This document shows positions 37,381 to 45,228 of a DNA stretch of 45,792 nucleotides, piece by piece; the stretch's first letter is position 1, and each line of letters opens with the position of its first letter. Below the pieces are notes generated by a model. It did not search any database and had not been told where the DNA came from. It worked only from the letters and a program-made list of their open reading frames with translations. Where the stretch lies: assembly GCA_013415795.1 (NCBI GenBank), contig JAAEEL010000015.1, positions 1 to 45,792 of the forward strand, in the 5' to 3' direction. The translations under genes and the position numbers were made by a program. This DNA comes from Methanocellales archaeon. GTDB taxonomy: Archaea; Halobacteriota; UBA148.

Positions 37381-38013
37381 ATGCTAGACGAGATGTCCAA
37401 AGCCCTAGTGAATGGGAATACGCCTGAGGTGAAAAGGCTCACAGAAGAGGTTTTAAGGAGTGGAGTTAGACCAGGGGTAATAGTAAATAAAGGACTTATA
37501 CCAGGTATGGATATAGTCGGGATAAGGTTTAAGAATAAAGATATCTCCGTCCCCGAGGTCCTTATGTCTGCAAGGGCCATGCATGCATCTCTAGAAATAC
37601 TGAAACCACTGCTTTCTAGAAGCGACATGGAGCCTTTGGGCTTAATAGCTATAGGTACTGTAAAGGGAGACATACATGACATAGGCAAGAATCTCGTTGG
37701 GATGATGTTAGAGGGCGCCGGTTTTCATGTGATTGATATGGGTATAGATGTTCCTCCAGAAGCTTTCGTGGAAATTGTTAGGGAAAAAAAGCCAGACATA
37801 TTGGGGTTATCTGCATTGCTCAACTCTACCCTGTCTTCGATGAAGGACACCATCGATGCATTAGAAAGCGCAGGAATAAAAAAAGAGGTGAAGATAATGA
37901 TTGGTGGCGCGCCGGTCACACAGGATTTTGCAGATGAGATAGGTGCAGATATATACGCCGGAGATGCCAGAGAAGCAGTGCTAAAGTCAAAAGATATTTT
38001 AGGGGCCAAATAG
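37381..38013 (+). CDS. stand-alone cobalamin-binding corrinoid protein (MtxC-type: B12-binding_2 cap plus B12-binding Rossmann domain)
   Basis: 210 aa. Contains DIHDIGKNLV (DxHxxG), SALLNSTL (SxL) and IMIGGAP (GG). It is divergent from the RACo gene across an 89-bp spacer. Confidence 0.85.
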   Translation: MLDEMSKALVNGNTPEVKRLTEEVLRSGVRPGVIVNKGLIPGMDIVGIRFKNKDISVPEVLMSARAMHASLEILKPLLSRSDMEPLGLIAIGTVKGDIHDIGKNLVGMMLEGAGFHVIDMGIDVPPEAFVEIVREKKPDILGLSALLNSTLSSMKDTIDALESAGIKKEVKIMIGGAPVTQDFADEIGADIYAGDAREAVLKSKDILGAK

Positions 38014-38030
38014 TATTTGAAATAAAATAC

Positions 38031-38549
38031 TTATTTTTCTTTTATGATGAATCTACTATGGCATGATGGACACTGATATTCTCCCGCATTGCTTATCGTT
38101 AATTTTCTTTTGCAAGAGGGACATGAGACCATTTTCTTTTTTGGGACTTCAGTTAGAATTCTGCCCCCAGGATACCATATCGGCATGTCAATGCATTTAT
38201 AAGGATTTGTTTGCCATGGATGCTCTCCTAGATACTCTGCCCGGCTCAGTATGGGATGTTTCTCTCCACAGGAAGGGCACTTGAGAAGAAGATAATGTTG
38301 CCAAAACCAATATTTTTCTTCTATTCTTTGGTTTTCTGAACAACTATTGCAGACATATTTGTCGTTTCTATGGCACCAAGCTATATTTTCATCAAACTGG
38401 GATCTCCCGCAGACATCGCAAATCCATACGACATCATCATCCCAAGCATGCCAATCACACCTTCCATATGATGTCCCATGCCTTGCATTTCTAATCGGAT
38501 AGCTTTTGTCAAGCATGTGAATCATATCACATGTCAGGCATTTTTTCAT
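38031..38549 (-). CDS. Cys-rich multi-zinc-ribbon protein of unknown function
   Basis: 172 aa with 15 Cys, including six CxxC pairs (CLTC, CDVC, CNSC, CPSC x3) and many Trp/His. The ATG is 3 nt downstream of the mtd stop, so the two genes are almost certainly co-transcribed. No family recognised. Confidence 0.7.
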   Translation of the reverse strand: MKKCLTCDMIHMLDKSYPIRNARHGTSYGRCDWHAWDDDVVWICDVCGRSQFDENIAWCHRNDKYVCNSCSENQRIEEKYWFWQHYLLLKCPSCGEKHPILSRAEYLGEHPWQTNPYKCIDMPIWYPGGRILTEVPKKKMVSCPSCKRKLTISNAGEYQCPSCHSRFIIKEK

Positions 38550-38552
38550 TTT

Positions 38553-39365
38553 TCACCCAGGCTTCCCCAGCAAATTGGCCTTATCTAGAATTTGTCCTGA
38601 ATCAGCATGGGGTCTTCTAGAGACTTTGTCAAGGCCCTTCTCTATCTCCCTCGCCGCGTCGGCAAGCAATGCGGCAACCCTCATAACCTCGTGGGCAGCT
38701 GCTCCCATCATAATATACCTGGGGGGTTCCTTTATGACGAAACACGTTTGAACGTTCATCTCTGCAACAAGTTCAGCCATCTTGTATGCTGCTATTGCCT
38801 TTGCCTTGGCATAGGGATTTGAAAACCTTACCCTATTGACCGCTGTCTCCGCACCTACGATGATTTGCGGTAACTTAACGTCTCCCTTCTGAATAGCTTC
38901 GATTGCAGTATCCAGTTCTTCCTGTACCAGTCGTGCTGCTCCACATGTGGTTAAAACCTTCAAAGCATCTGAGTTGAATAGTGCCATCTCAGTCGGGTCT
39001 AGAAACTCCCTCCTTGCACCAATGAGAGGATCACCTTTCAGAATAATGTATCCGAAGCCTTTTTCCTTTAGCTCGTCAACAGCCTTCTTTGCAGGTGCAT
39101 CAGAGATGATGATACAGGGTTTATCGCCAACCAATTCTCTCGACTTCTTCGGTCCAGGAAGTGATGCGTTTGGGCTGACCACAACCACCAGATCAGGATC
39201 CCATTCCATCAATTTAGCCGTGTACGAGGCTTCGCTAGTCCCCATCTTTGCCCCTGAACCTGCTGTGCGAACATCTATGTCCCTATCAGCCCTCTCATCC
39301 AGCAATAGATCAACAACCTGAGATATCCCCAAATTCCCAAGTTTTATAACTCCTATTTTTGCCAT
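38553..39365 (-). CDS. mtd: F420-dependent methylenetetrahydromethanopterin dehydrogenase
   Basis: 270 aa. Contains IGVIKLGNLG, LLDERADR, GARREFLDPTEMA, NPYAKAKA and RRPHADSG. It is collinear with my memory of Methanopyrus/Methanothermobacter Mtd. Confidence 0.9.
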   Translation of the reverse strand: MAKIGVIKLGNLGISQVVDLLLDERADRDIDVRTAGSGAKMGTSEASYTAKLMEWDPDLVVVVSPNASLPGPKKSRELVGDKPCIIISDAPAKKAVDELKEKGFGYIILKGDPLIGARREFLDPTEMALFNSDALKVLTTCGAARLVQEELDTAIEAIQKGDVKLPQIIVGAETAVNRVRFSNPYAKAKAIAAYKMAELVAEMNVQTCFVIKEPPRYIMMGAAAHEVMRVAALLADAAREIEKGLDKVSRRPHADSGQILDKANLLGKPG

Positions 39366-39391
39366 GATAATTCATTATACAGAACGCAATA

Positions 39392-39434
39392 TAAGTTTAA
39401 GCGTGATTGTAAGTTTAAGAGTGATTGAATCACT
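39392..39434. repeat. 18-bp tandem direct repeat (1 mismatch) ending in a 15-bp perfect palindrome, in the mtd upstream region
   Basis: TAAGTTTAAGCGTGATTG (39392-39409) and TAAGTTTAAGAGTGATTG (39410-39427) are adjacent. AGTGATTGAATCACT (39420-39434) is a perfect 7+1+7 palindrome. The element lies 27-69 nt upstream of the mtd ATG (39365, minus strand). Confidence 0.85.
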
Positions 39435-39552
39435 TAATTTAGGATTTCTCATCGCCCTGTACAAAAGAATGAAATTCAGAAAAAGATTAAGGAAAGAGCA
39501 AATGCCACTTATTTACTCAAGATCCACCGCACTCCTGCTCCAAGAATCCAGT

Positions 39553-40740
39553 TTAGATGACTCTTGCCACCACTGAGATGCGACGAATAGCTGCAATCAA
39601 CCCCCAACTAAGTATCAATGTTCCTGCGAACACGATCGATGCCTTATGAATCGCGTGAAGGTTTGCATCTAGCAACCAGTATTGCAACCATGTCACAATC
39701 GAGTAGTGAATAATATAAATTCCGAATGCGTTGTTGCTCAGATTGTCGATGATATCTACACGCTGTTTCGTGAACCGGAGAAAGATTGCGATTAAACCGA
39801 GCACTGCTGCCGCACAGGTGAAGGGAAGAGCCATCCCATAGACTATCAATCCGGTGGGATTAACAAGAAAAATGAGCATTACAATGAATGACACAGGACT
39901 CACAACCATCCAGATCCACCCACGTCTTGCAAACTTACTATTTGAGTTGAACATAGTCCTTTCTAGTCCGTAGACACCGACTGCTGTACCCACTAGGAAA
40001 TATGCTAGGTAGAGCAATATGCGGCTGGTCTGAAAAGTTATAGGTCCGATAGTGGTCCAATGATCAATTCCAAATACAAGAAGCATAGGCATGTACGCGA
40101 CTGTTGAAATTCCGAACAGCACTCCAAAAAACGCTAAGGGACGGTTAAAGATGGAGAGAGTTCGCTTTATAATTATGCCACCTAAATGATGTGCTAACCG
40201 GTACAATACTACGATAAGGACATTGAAAGCTAGCAATAACCACAGAAACCAGAGCGGACCCGATGTCCTGAAGCCAGTACGGATCATATCCGACCAGAAG
40301 TCAATATAATTCGTATTCCCTCCGAAAATTAGCTCGACTTCCAGCTGGGCTGGGAAATAGGCAAGGGGAATTAGGAATAGAACACCGATGACAAAAGGTA
40401 TTCCTAGCCTAATAAACCTGTCACGTAGGAATATACGGGTGCCCTTGCCTGAGATACTTCGCCAGACGAAGAAACCCGATATAAAGAACAGCAATGCCAT
40501 AAAGTATGTATCATTGAACAACGCTATCAGATCAAAACCAGACCACATCTGGCTGTCGACGACCGGACTGAAGGTATCTATAGGATTAGCTGGATTAAGG
40601 TACGCAAATGTGGTGTAAGCAAGAACTGCATGATGAAGTAGCACTAGGAGGATAGCGGTCGTGCGAATATAATCGAAGCTGGCTATCCTTGTTGTCGCTT
40701 TCGAGCCATCCGATCGCTTTATATTCTTATTTTGTTCCAC
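39553..40740 (-). CDS. acyltransferase family 3 (membrane O-acyltransferase)
   Basis: 395 aa with about 10 TM helices. The N-terminal FDYIRTTAILLVLLHHAV is characteristic of Acyl_transf_3. Confidence 0.75.
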   Translation of the reverse strand: MEQNKNIKRSDGSKATTRIASFDYIRTTAILLVLLHHAVLAYTTFAYLNPANPIDTFSPVVDSQMWSGFDLIALFNDTYFMALLFFISGFFVWRSISGKGTRIFLRDRFIRLGIPFVIGVLFLIPLAYFPAQLEVELIFGGNTNYIDFWSDMIRTGFRTSGPLWFLWLLLAFNVLIVVLYRLAHHLGGIIIKRTLSIFNRPLAFFGVLFGISTVAYMPMLLVFGIDHWTTIGPITFQTSRILLYLAYFLVGTAVGVYGLERTMFNSNSKFARRGWIWMVVSPVSFIVMLIFLVNPTGLIVYGMALPFTCAAAVLGLIAIFLRFTKQRVDIIDNLSNNAFGIYIIHYSIVTWLQYWLLDANLHAIHKASIVFAGTLILSWGLIAAIRRISVVARVI

Positions 40741-41085
40741 AGTAATATGCTATTAATTAATGTTTAAAAAAGTTTTTAAATTCATGAGAGGGGCTCGGAA
40801 TTTCAATTAACTAATTATATGCGAACTCCCCTAAAAAGACTCTTACTATCTGTTCTATCACCCATCATCGAATTGATTGGTGGGGTTTTCTTTTTTCAGA
40901 ATTACTGATCATATCTTCATAAAGGTGTTTTAAATCATGGCATTGAGAGATAAAACAATCGCTAGTCAGAAATTGGGTTCAAATAATCTATCCCATCCAT
41001 ACTCTTGGAATAACTTCACTCACATTTACTTCTGTAGAAGTTTCTCTTTCTAGAGATGTTCTAAAACCCGATCATCTCAAAAAAA

Positions 41086-41457
41086 TCATTCGATTATTAT
41101 CATAAAAACTCTGGTATCTAAGGGTGGTTTTGATTCCCAGGGCCGCGAATAATAAAAAGTCATTTCAGTTTCTCCTGATTTCACTGCAAGAAACTCAAAG
41201 GTCTCATTACCGCTACTCCCGACAAGAACGGGGTTGCTTGTTACATAGCTGCTATCAGTTAATTGAACGTAGTTAAAGTCAAAGTTTACTTCCCACCGAT
41301 AACCAGTGGTCGGATTTGAAGGCAAAACGACAGAAAAGGTATCCCCATTTTTAACCTTTATCGTATCTCCAGTTCCAATTTGGGGCATAAACAAAATAAT
41401 AAAAACAAGAGACATCGCTATTAAAACACCAAATCCCAAGATCAATTTTTTGTTCAT
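41086..41457 (-). CDS. chagasin-family cysteine-protease inhibitor (I42) with N-terminal membrane anchor or signal
   Basis: Contains SNPTTGYRWEV...GSSGNETFEFLAVKSGETEMTFYYSRPWE, i.e. the chagasin NPTTG, GxGG-like and RPW motifs. The start is moved to the ATG at 41457 (MNKKLILGFGVLIAMSL). Confidence 0.75.
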   Translation of the reverse strand: MNKKLILGFGVLIAMSLVFIILFMPQIGTGDTIKVKNGDTFSVVLPSNPTTGYRWEVNFDFNYVQLTDSSYVTSNPVLVGSSGNETFEFLAVKSGETEMTFYYSRPWESKPPLDTRVFMIIIE

Positions 41458-41594
41458 TCTGATTACCACTTCCACCAATTAACGAGTTTAAAGTTTATAA
41501 ACTTGTCCTGAAGACGATAGAACATAAAATTTAAGACTATTGGAGTAGCAGAAGATATTAGAAAGAGTTAAGTATTAATTTGATGTTAAGTATG

Positions 41595-41699
41595 CCCGCC
41601 TTAACTCAGTCTGGTTAGAGTGCGCGGCTGTAGTTCTTGTTGCGTAGCGTAAAACACGCAGATACCGCGATGTCCCCGGTTCAAATCCGGGAGGCGGGA
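41595..41699 (+). tRNA. tRNA-Tyr (GTA) with a 30-nt intron at the canonical 37/38 position
   Basis: Hand fold: acceptor CCCGCCT/AGGCGGG with the archaeal Tyr C1-G72 pair and discriminator A. D arm is ACTC/GAGT. Anticodon stem is CGCGG/CCGCG with loop CT-GTA-G[intron 41634-41663]A. T arm is CCCGG-TTCAAAT-CCGGG. The intron contains the helix TGCGT...ACGCA. No CCA is encoded. Confidence 0.85.
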
Positions 41700-41750
41700 T
41701 TAAGGGCGGGATTACGTTTTGAAACGAATGGTTTCCCTCCCTCATCTTCT

Positions 41751-41823
41751 GCCCGGGTAGTGTAGTGGCCTATCATGAGGCCCTGTCGAGGCTTCGACTC
41801 GGGTTCAAATCCCGACTCGGGCG
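41751..41823 (+). tRNA. tRNA-Asp (GTC)
   Basis: Hand fold: acceptor GCCCGGG/CTCGGGC (one G-U pair). The D arm GTGTAGTGGCCTATCAT is typical of archaeal tRNA-Asp. Anticodon stem is AGGCC/GGCTT with loop CTGTCGA. T arm is TCGGG-TTCAAAT-CCCGA. Discriminator is G. Confidence 0.85.
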
Positions 41824-41857
41824 TTTATTATTCTTAGATTATGATTTGAATATATAT

Positions 41858-41932
41858 TGATAACAAATATGATAACAAACCTGATAACATAACAAAATAT
41901 TTTATTGATATATGATAACAAACCTGATAACA
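41858..41932 (+). repeat. five phased copies of TGATAACA, including a 23-bp perfect direct repeat, between tRNA-Asp and ftsZ
   Basis: TGATAACA starts at 41858, 41870, 41882, 41913 and 41925, with 12-bp phasing inside each group. ATATGATAACAAACCTGATAACA occurs identically at 41867-41889 and 41910-41932. Confidence 0.9.
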
Positions 41933-42007
41933 AATAATTAACTTTGAATACAATAACAAAAAGTTTATATACTATAATTGTAGACCAAGTTAATAGGGGA
42001 TGGAGAA

Positions 42008-43090
42008 ATGCAATCTATTATAGAAGATGCTTTTAGGTATTCTGAAGTTGAGCAAGAGCAGATCGCATATAGCGATTTTGAAGATATTGGAACGCCACGA
42101 ATAGCAATAGTCGGTTGCGGCGGGGCAGGAAACAATACAATCAAAAGATTATGCACTCTCGGGGGCGTAATTGGTGCTGAAACTATAGCTGTAAACACTG
42201 ATAAACAACATCTAGACTTCGTCAAGGGATGTAAAAAGATTTTAATCGGCAAATCACTCACCAGGGGTCTTGGTGCAGGCGGATTCCCACATGTTGGAAG
42301 GCAAGCAGCTGAGTTTGACAGGATGTTACTGGAAGAGGCTTTGAAAGATACAGATCTTGTTTTTATAACTGCTGGCATGGGAGGCGGTACTGGCACAGGT
42401 TCAGCCCCTGTCATTGCAGAAGTTGCAAAGGATGAAGGAGCTATCGTAGTTGGAATGGTGTCATTCCCATTTAAAGTAGAAAAGACCAGAAGGGTCTTAG
42501 CAGAACAAGGCATTGAGGAACTAAGACGTGCTGCTGATACTGTTGTGGTGTTGGATAACAACAGGCTCTTGAGTTACGTGCCAAACCTCCCCATAGATCA
42601 GGCATTCTCAGTGATGGATCAACTTATTTCAGAAACTGTTAAAGGCATAGCTGAGACTATAACTTTGCCATCGCTGATCAATCTTGATTATGCCGATGTC
42701 AAGTCAATAATGCATTGTGGTGGCGTTGCTGTCATGCTAGTTGGTGAAACCCATAATAGCCAAGACAAATCACACGAGGTTGTTAGAACTGCATTGAACC
42801 ATCCATTGTTAGATGTAGATTACAGGAGTGCAACCGGAGCATTGATCCACATCACGGGCGGACCTGATCTCACATTACTGGAAGCAGAAGAAATAGCTTC
42901 AGCGTTGACAAAGGAAATAGATCCAAATGCAAACATGATATGGGGGTCAAGGGTTGACGAGAATTATAGGGGCAAGGTCAAGGTAATGGCTATCATGACT
43001 GGAGTCAGATCTCCGCAAGTACTTGGACCAAACTTAGGAAAGATTACACATCAGCTCGCGCATGGGCCTGTCATCGATGTGATCCGATGA
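42008..43090 (+). CDS. ftsZ: cell division GTPase FtsZ
   Basis: Contains [20 protein letters not shown], the tubulin signature [17 protein letters not shown], and NRL / DYADV in the C-terminal domain. Confidence 0.92.
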   Translation: MQSIIEDAFRYSEVEQEQIAYSDFEDIGTPRIAIVGCGGAGNNTIKRLCTLGGVIGAETIAVNTDKQHLDFVKGCKKILIGKSLTRGLGAGGFPHVGRQAAEFDRMLLEEALKDTDLVFITAGMGGGTGTGSAPVIAEVAKDEGAIVVGMVSFPFKVEKTRRVLAEQGIEELRRAADTVVVLDNNRLLSYVPNLPIDQAFSVMDQLISETVKGIAETITLPSLINLDYADVKSIMHCGGVAVMLVGETHNSQDKSHEVVRTALNHPLLDVDYRSATGALIHITGGPDLTLLEAEEIASALTKEIDPNANMIWGSRVDENYRGKVKVMAIMTGVRSPQVLGPNLGKITHQLAHGPVIDVIR

Positions 43091-43979
43091 TTTTTAGTAG
43101 CTTACATGTTTGACAAATGTCGCCCATAGTCGGCTCTCCACAGATACTACATCGTCGGAGGTCGACTCCTTTTATCTCTTTTTTTAGGTATTTGGTCAAA
43201 ATATCAAAGCTCTTCATCAACGAGTACTTGGTGCCAGGATGATTAACTTCAAAGACGTTTAACATATCACGTATTTCTGCCCTTAGAGAGATGTTTGCAT
43301 AAGGGCACTCTTCGAACAATATGGGTAATTCTTTCGAGAGAGCGTAGAGTGCAGTCTCTTTTTCTGGTACATTTCTCAGCGGCTTAATTCGTGGAACTAG
43401 TCCGGGCTTTTTTGTTGACATAAGCCTGACCAGTCTTTCTATATCTCCTCTTAGCAAGTTCATCAGTACTGTTTGAGCCTCATCATCCAAGCAATGTCCA
43501 GTTGCCAGTTTTGTAGCACCCAATTCTTTAGCAGTCCTATTCAACGTCAATCGCCGAAAAACTCCACAGTAAGTGCAAGGTGATCGTTCTCCTCGATCCG
43601 CCATTTGATCTATTGTCAACCCAAACTGATCTTCAAATGATGCGATCTCATGAAGAATGTTAAGTTCTTTGCAAACCTGCTTCGCAGTTTTCAGAGTTTT
43701 CTCTCTGTAGCCGCTAATACCTTCATCGACAGATATTGCAATAAATCGTATATCAGGACGATCCTTGAATAAAGAATGTACTATGTGCAATAAAACGGTA
43801 CTATCCTTGCCACCGCTTAGTGCAAATGCGATTATGTCTCCTTGGTCGATCATTTTATATCTTCGAATGCTATACTTGACCTTTCGCTCAACATCTCTCT
43901 CAAAGTGTCTCTTGCACAGATGCATGCCAGAATATTTTTGATGGATTATTGCCCCGTGAAAACATTTATCGCATTTCAT
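43071..43979 (-). CDS. PP-loop ATPase, Ncs6/NcsA/TtuA-like tRNA 2-thiolation protein
   Basis: Contains an N-terminal zinc finger MKCDKCFHG...LCKRHF, the PP-loop ALSGGKDS, and the C-terminal CSICGEP...CQTC. I prefer the ATG at 43979 over the GTG at 44006. The 3' end overlaps ftsZ by 20 nt (convergent). Confidence 0.75.
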   Translation of the reverse strand: MKCDKCFHGAIIHQKYSGMHLCKRHFERDVERKVKYSIRRYKMIDQGDIIAFALSGGKDSTVLLHIVHSLFKDRPDIRFIAISVDEGISGYREKTLKTAKQVCKELNILHEIASFEDQFGLTIDQMADRGERSPCTYCGVFRRLTLNRTAKELGATKLATGHCLDDEAQTVLMNLLRGDIERLVRLMSTKKPGLVPRIKPLRNVPEKETALYALSKELPILFEECPYANISLRAEIRDMLNVFEVNHPGTKYSLMKSFDILTKYLKKEIKGVDLRRCSICGEPTMGDICQTCKLLKIIGSHR

Positions 43980-44019
43980 AGGAAAACTATCTTTATCATA
44001 ATCCACTAAATAATAATAT

Positions 44020-45228
44020 GTGCAAAATGGCTATCTTATCGTTGGAATAGATCCTGGCACTACCACTGCAGTTGCAATACTTGACATAAAAGGGGAGCTA
44101 GTCAACCTATTTAGTTCTAGGGTTGTTTCGATATCAGATGTGATCGAACATATAATCGAATATGGGCGACCCCTGATCGTAGCATCTGACGTAACGCCTG
44201 CATCAAACACTGTTGAAAAAATCAAGCGAGCATTCAACGCAGTCCTGTTCTCACCAAATGAGTCGTTGCCAACAAATGATAAAATAAACTTAGCAAAGCA
44301 GTTCAGATACTCCAATGAGCATGAGAGAGATGCATTGGCTGCAGCTCTATGGGCATTCAGGGATTGTAAAAACAAGTTTACACATATCGAAAAAAAGACC
44401 CCCGTTGATATGGATGTAGACGAAGTGAAGGCGCTGGTCATCCGTGGATATTCTATAGATGCCGCAATTTCTCAGTTGTCTGTGCCTGATAAAGTAGAGA
44501 AAGTACAAAAAAAAGAGGTGAAAATCACCGACAATCAAATATTAGAGCTACAGGAGACTATTCATCGCCAAGAAAAACAGATCTCTAGACTTAGAGAATA
44601 TATTGAAGAACTGCAATCACAGCTAGTCAAAAAAGATGATCGAATCGATGAACTCGCTAGCTTGATGGATGGCATAAAAATCAAAGATCAGAGAGCATTA
44701 AGGAAAACAAGAGAGATTGGGCGTAGAGACAAAGATATCTCTCGTCTAAAAAAAGAATTGCGAAAAAGAGAGGACTATATATCCCTACTATCAACCCAAA
44801 TAGATCAATTAAAGCAATTCCATACATTGGATGTTTTAGGAGAGAGAATTCCCCTGAAAGTGATTTCTTCATTCACGAAAGACTCAATCTTAGAGACAGA
44901 AGCCAAGTATGGGCTCAAAAAAGGAGATATGGTTTTCATAGAAGATGCCGGTGGAGGCAGCCACACCACGGCAGACTTGCTCATAAGCAAAGGAATTAGA
45001 GTGGTGATCATTCAAAATGAAATGTCCTATACTGCAAAAAAACGGTTTTTAGATGCGGGCACCCCTATACTCTCCACGAAGGAAGTTAATATTCATAGGA
45101 TTGCCGATTTTGCAGTGGTGAATCCAGACATACTATATCTGGCAATCCAAAAATGGCAGGAAAATACGAGAAAAATGAGAGTTAATAAGATGGAATCATT
45201 GATTAGGGAATATAAAAAGAAGATTTAA
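44020..45228 (+). CDS. DUF460-like archaeal protein (RNase H/RuvC-like N-domain, coiled coil, C-terminal alpha/beta domain)
   Basis: 402 aa. The N-terminus LIVGIDPGTTTAVAILDIKGE...PLIVASDVTP resembles the DUF460 family and RuvC/YqgF-type nuclease starts. The central region is K/E/Q-rich heptad-like (residues about 165-265). The start is GTG. Confidence 0.5.
   Translation: MQNGYLIVGIDPGTTTAVAILDIKGELVNLFSSRVVSISDVIEHIIEYGRPLIVASDVTPASNTVEKIKRAFNAVLFSPNESLPTNDKINLAKQFRYSNEHERDALAAALWAFRDCKNKFTHIEKKTPVDMDVDEVKALVIRGYSIDAAISQLSVPDKVEKVQKKEVKITDNQILELQETIHRQEKQISRLREYIEELQSQLVKKDDRIDELASLMDGIKIKDQRALRKTREIGRRDKDISRLKKELRKREDYISLLSTQIDQLKQFHTLDVLGERIPLKVISSFTKDSILETEAKYGLKKGDMVFIEDAGGGSHTTADLLISKGIRVVIIQNEMSYTAKKRFLDAGTPILSTKEVNIHRIADFAVVNPDILYLAIQKWQENTRKMRVNKMESLIREYKKKI

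Noticed and set aside
39364-39576. 70-aa plus-strand ORF in the mtd/acyltransferase spacer.
   Set aside because: It starts inside the mtd start codon region and runs through the promoter repeats into the 3' end of the acyltransferase gene. It has no ribosome-binding signal and an implausible composition.
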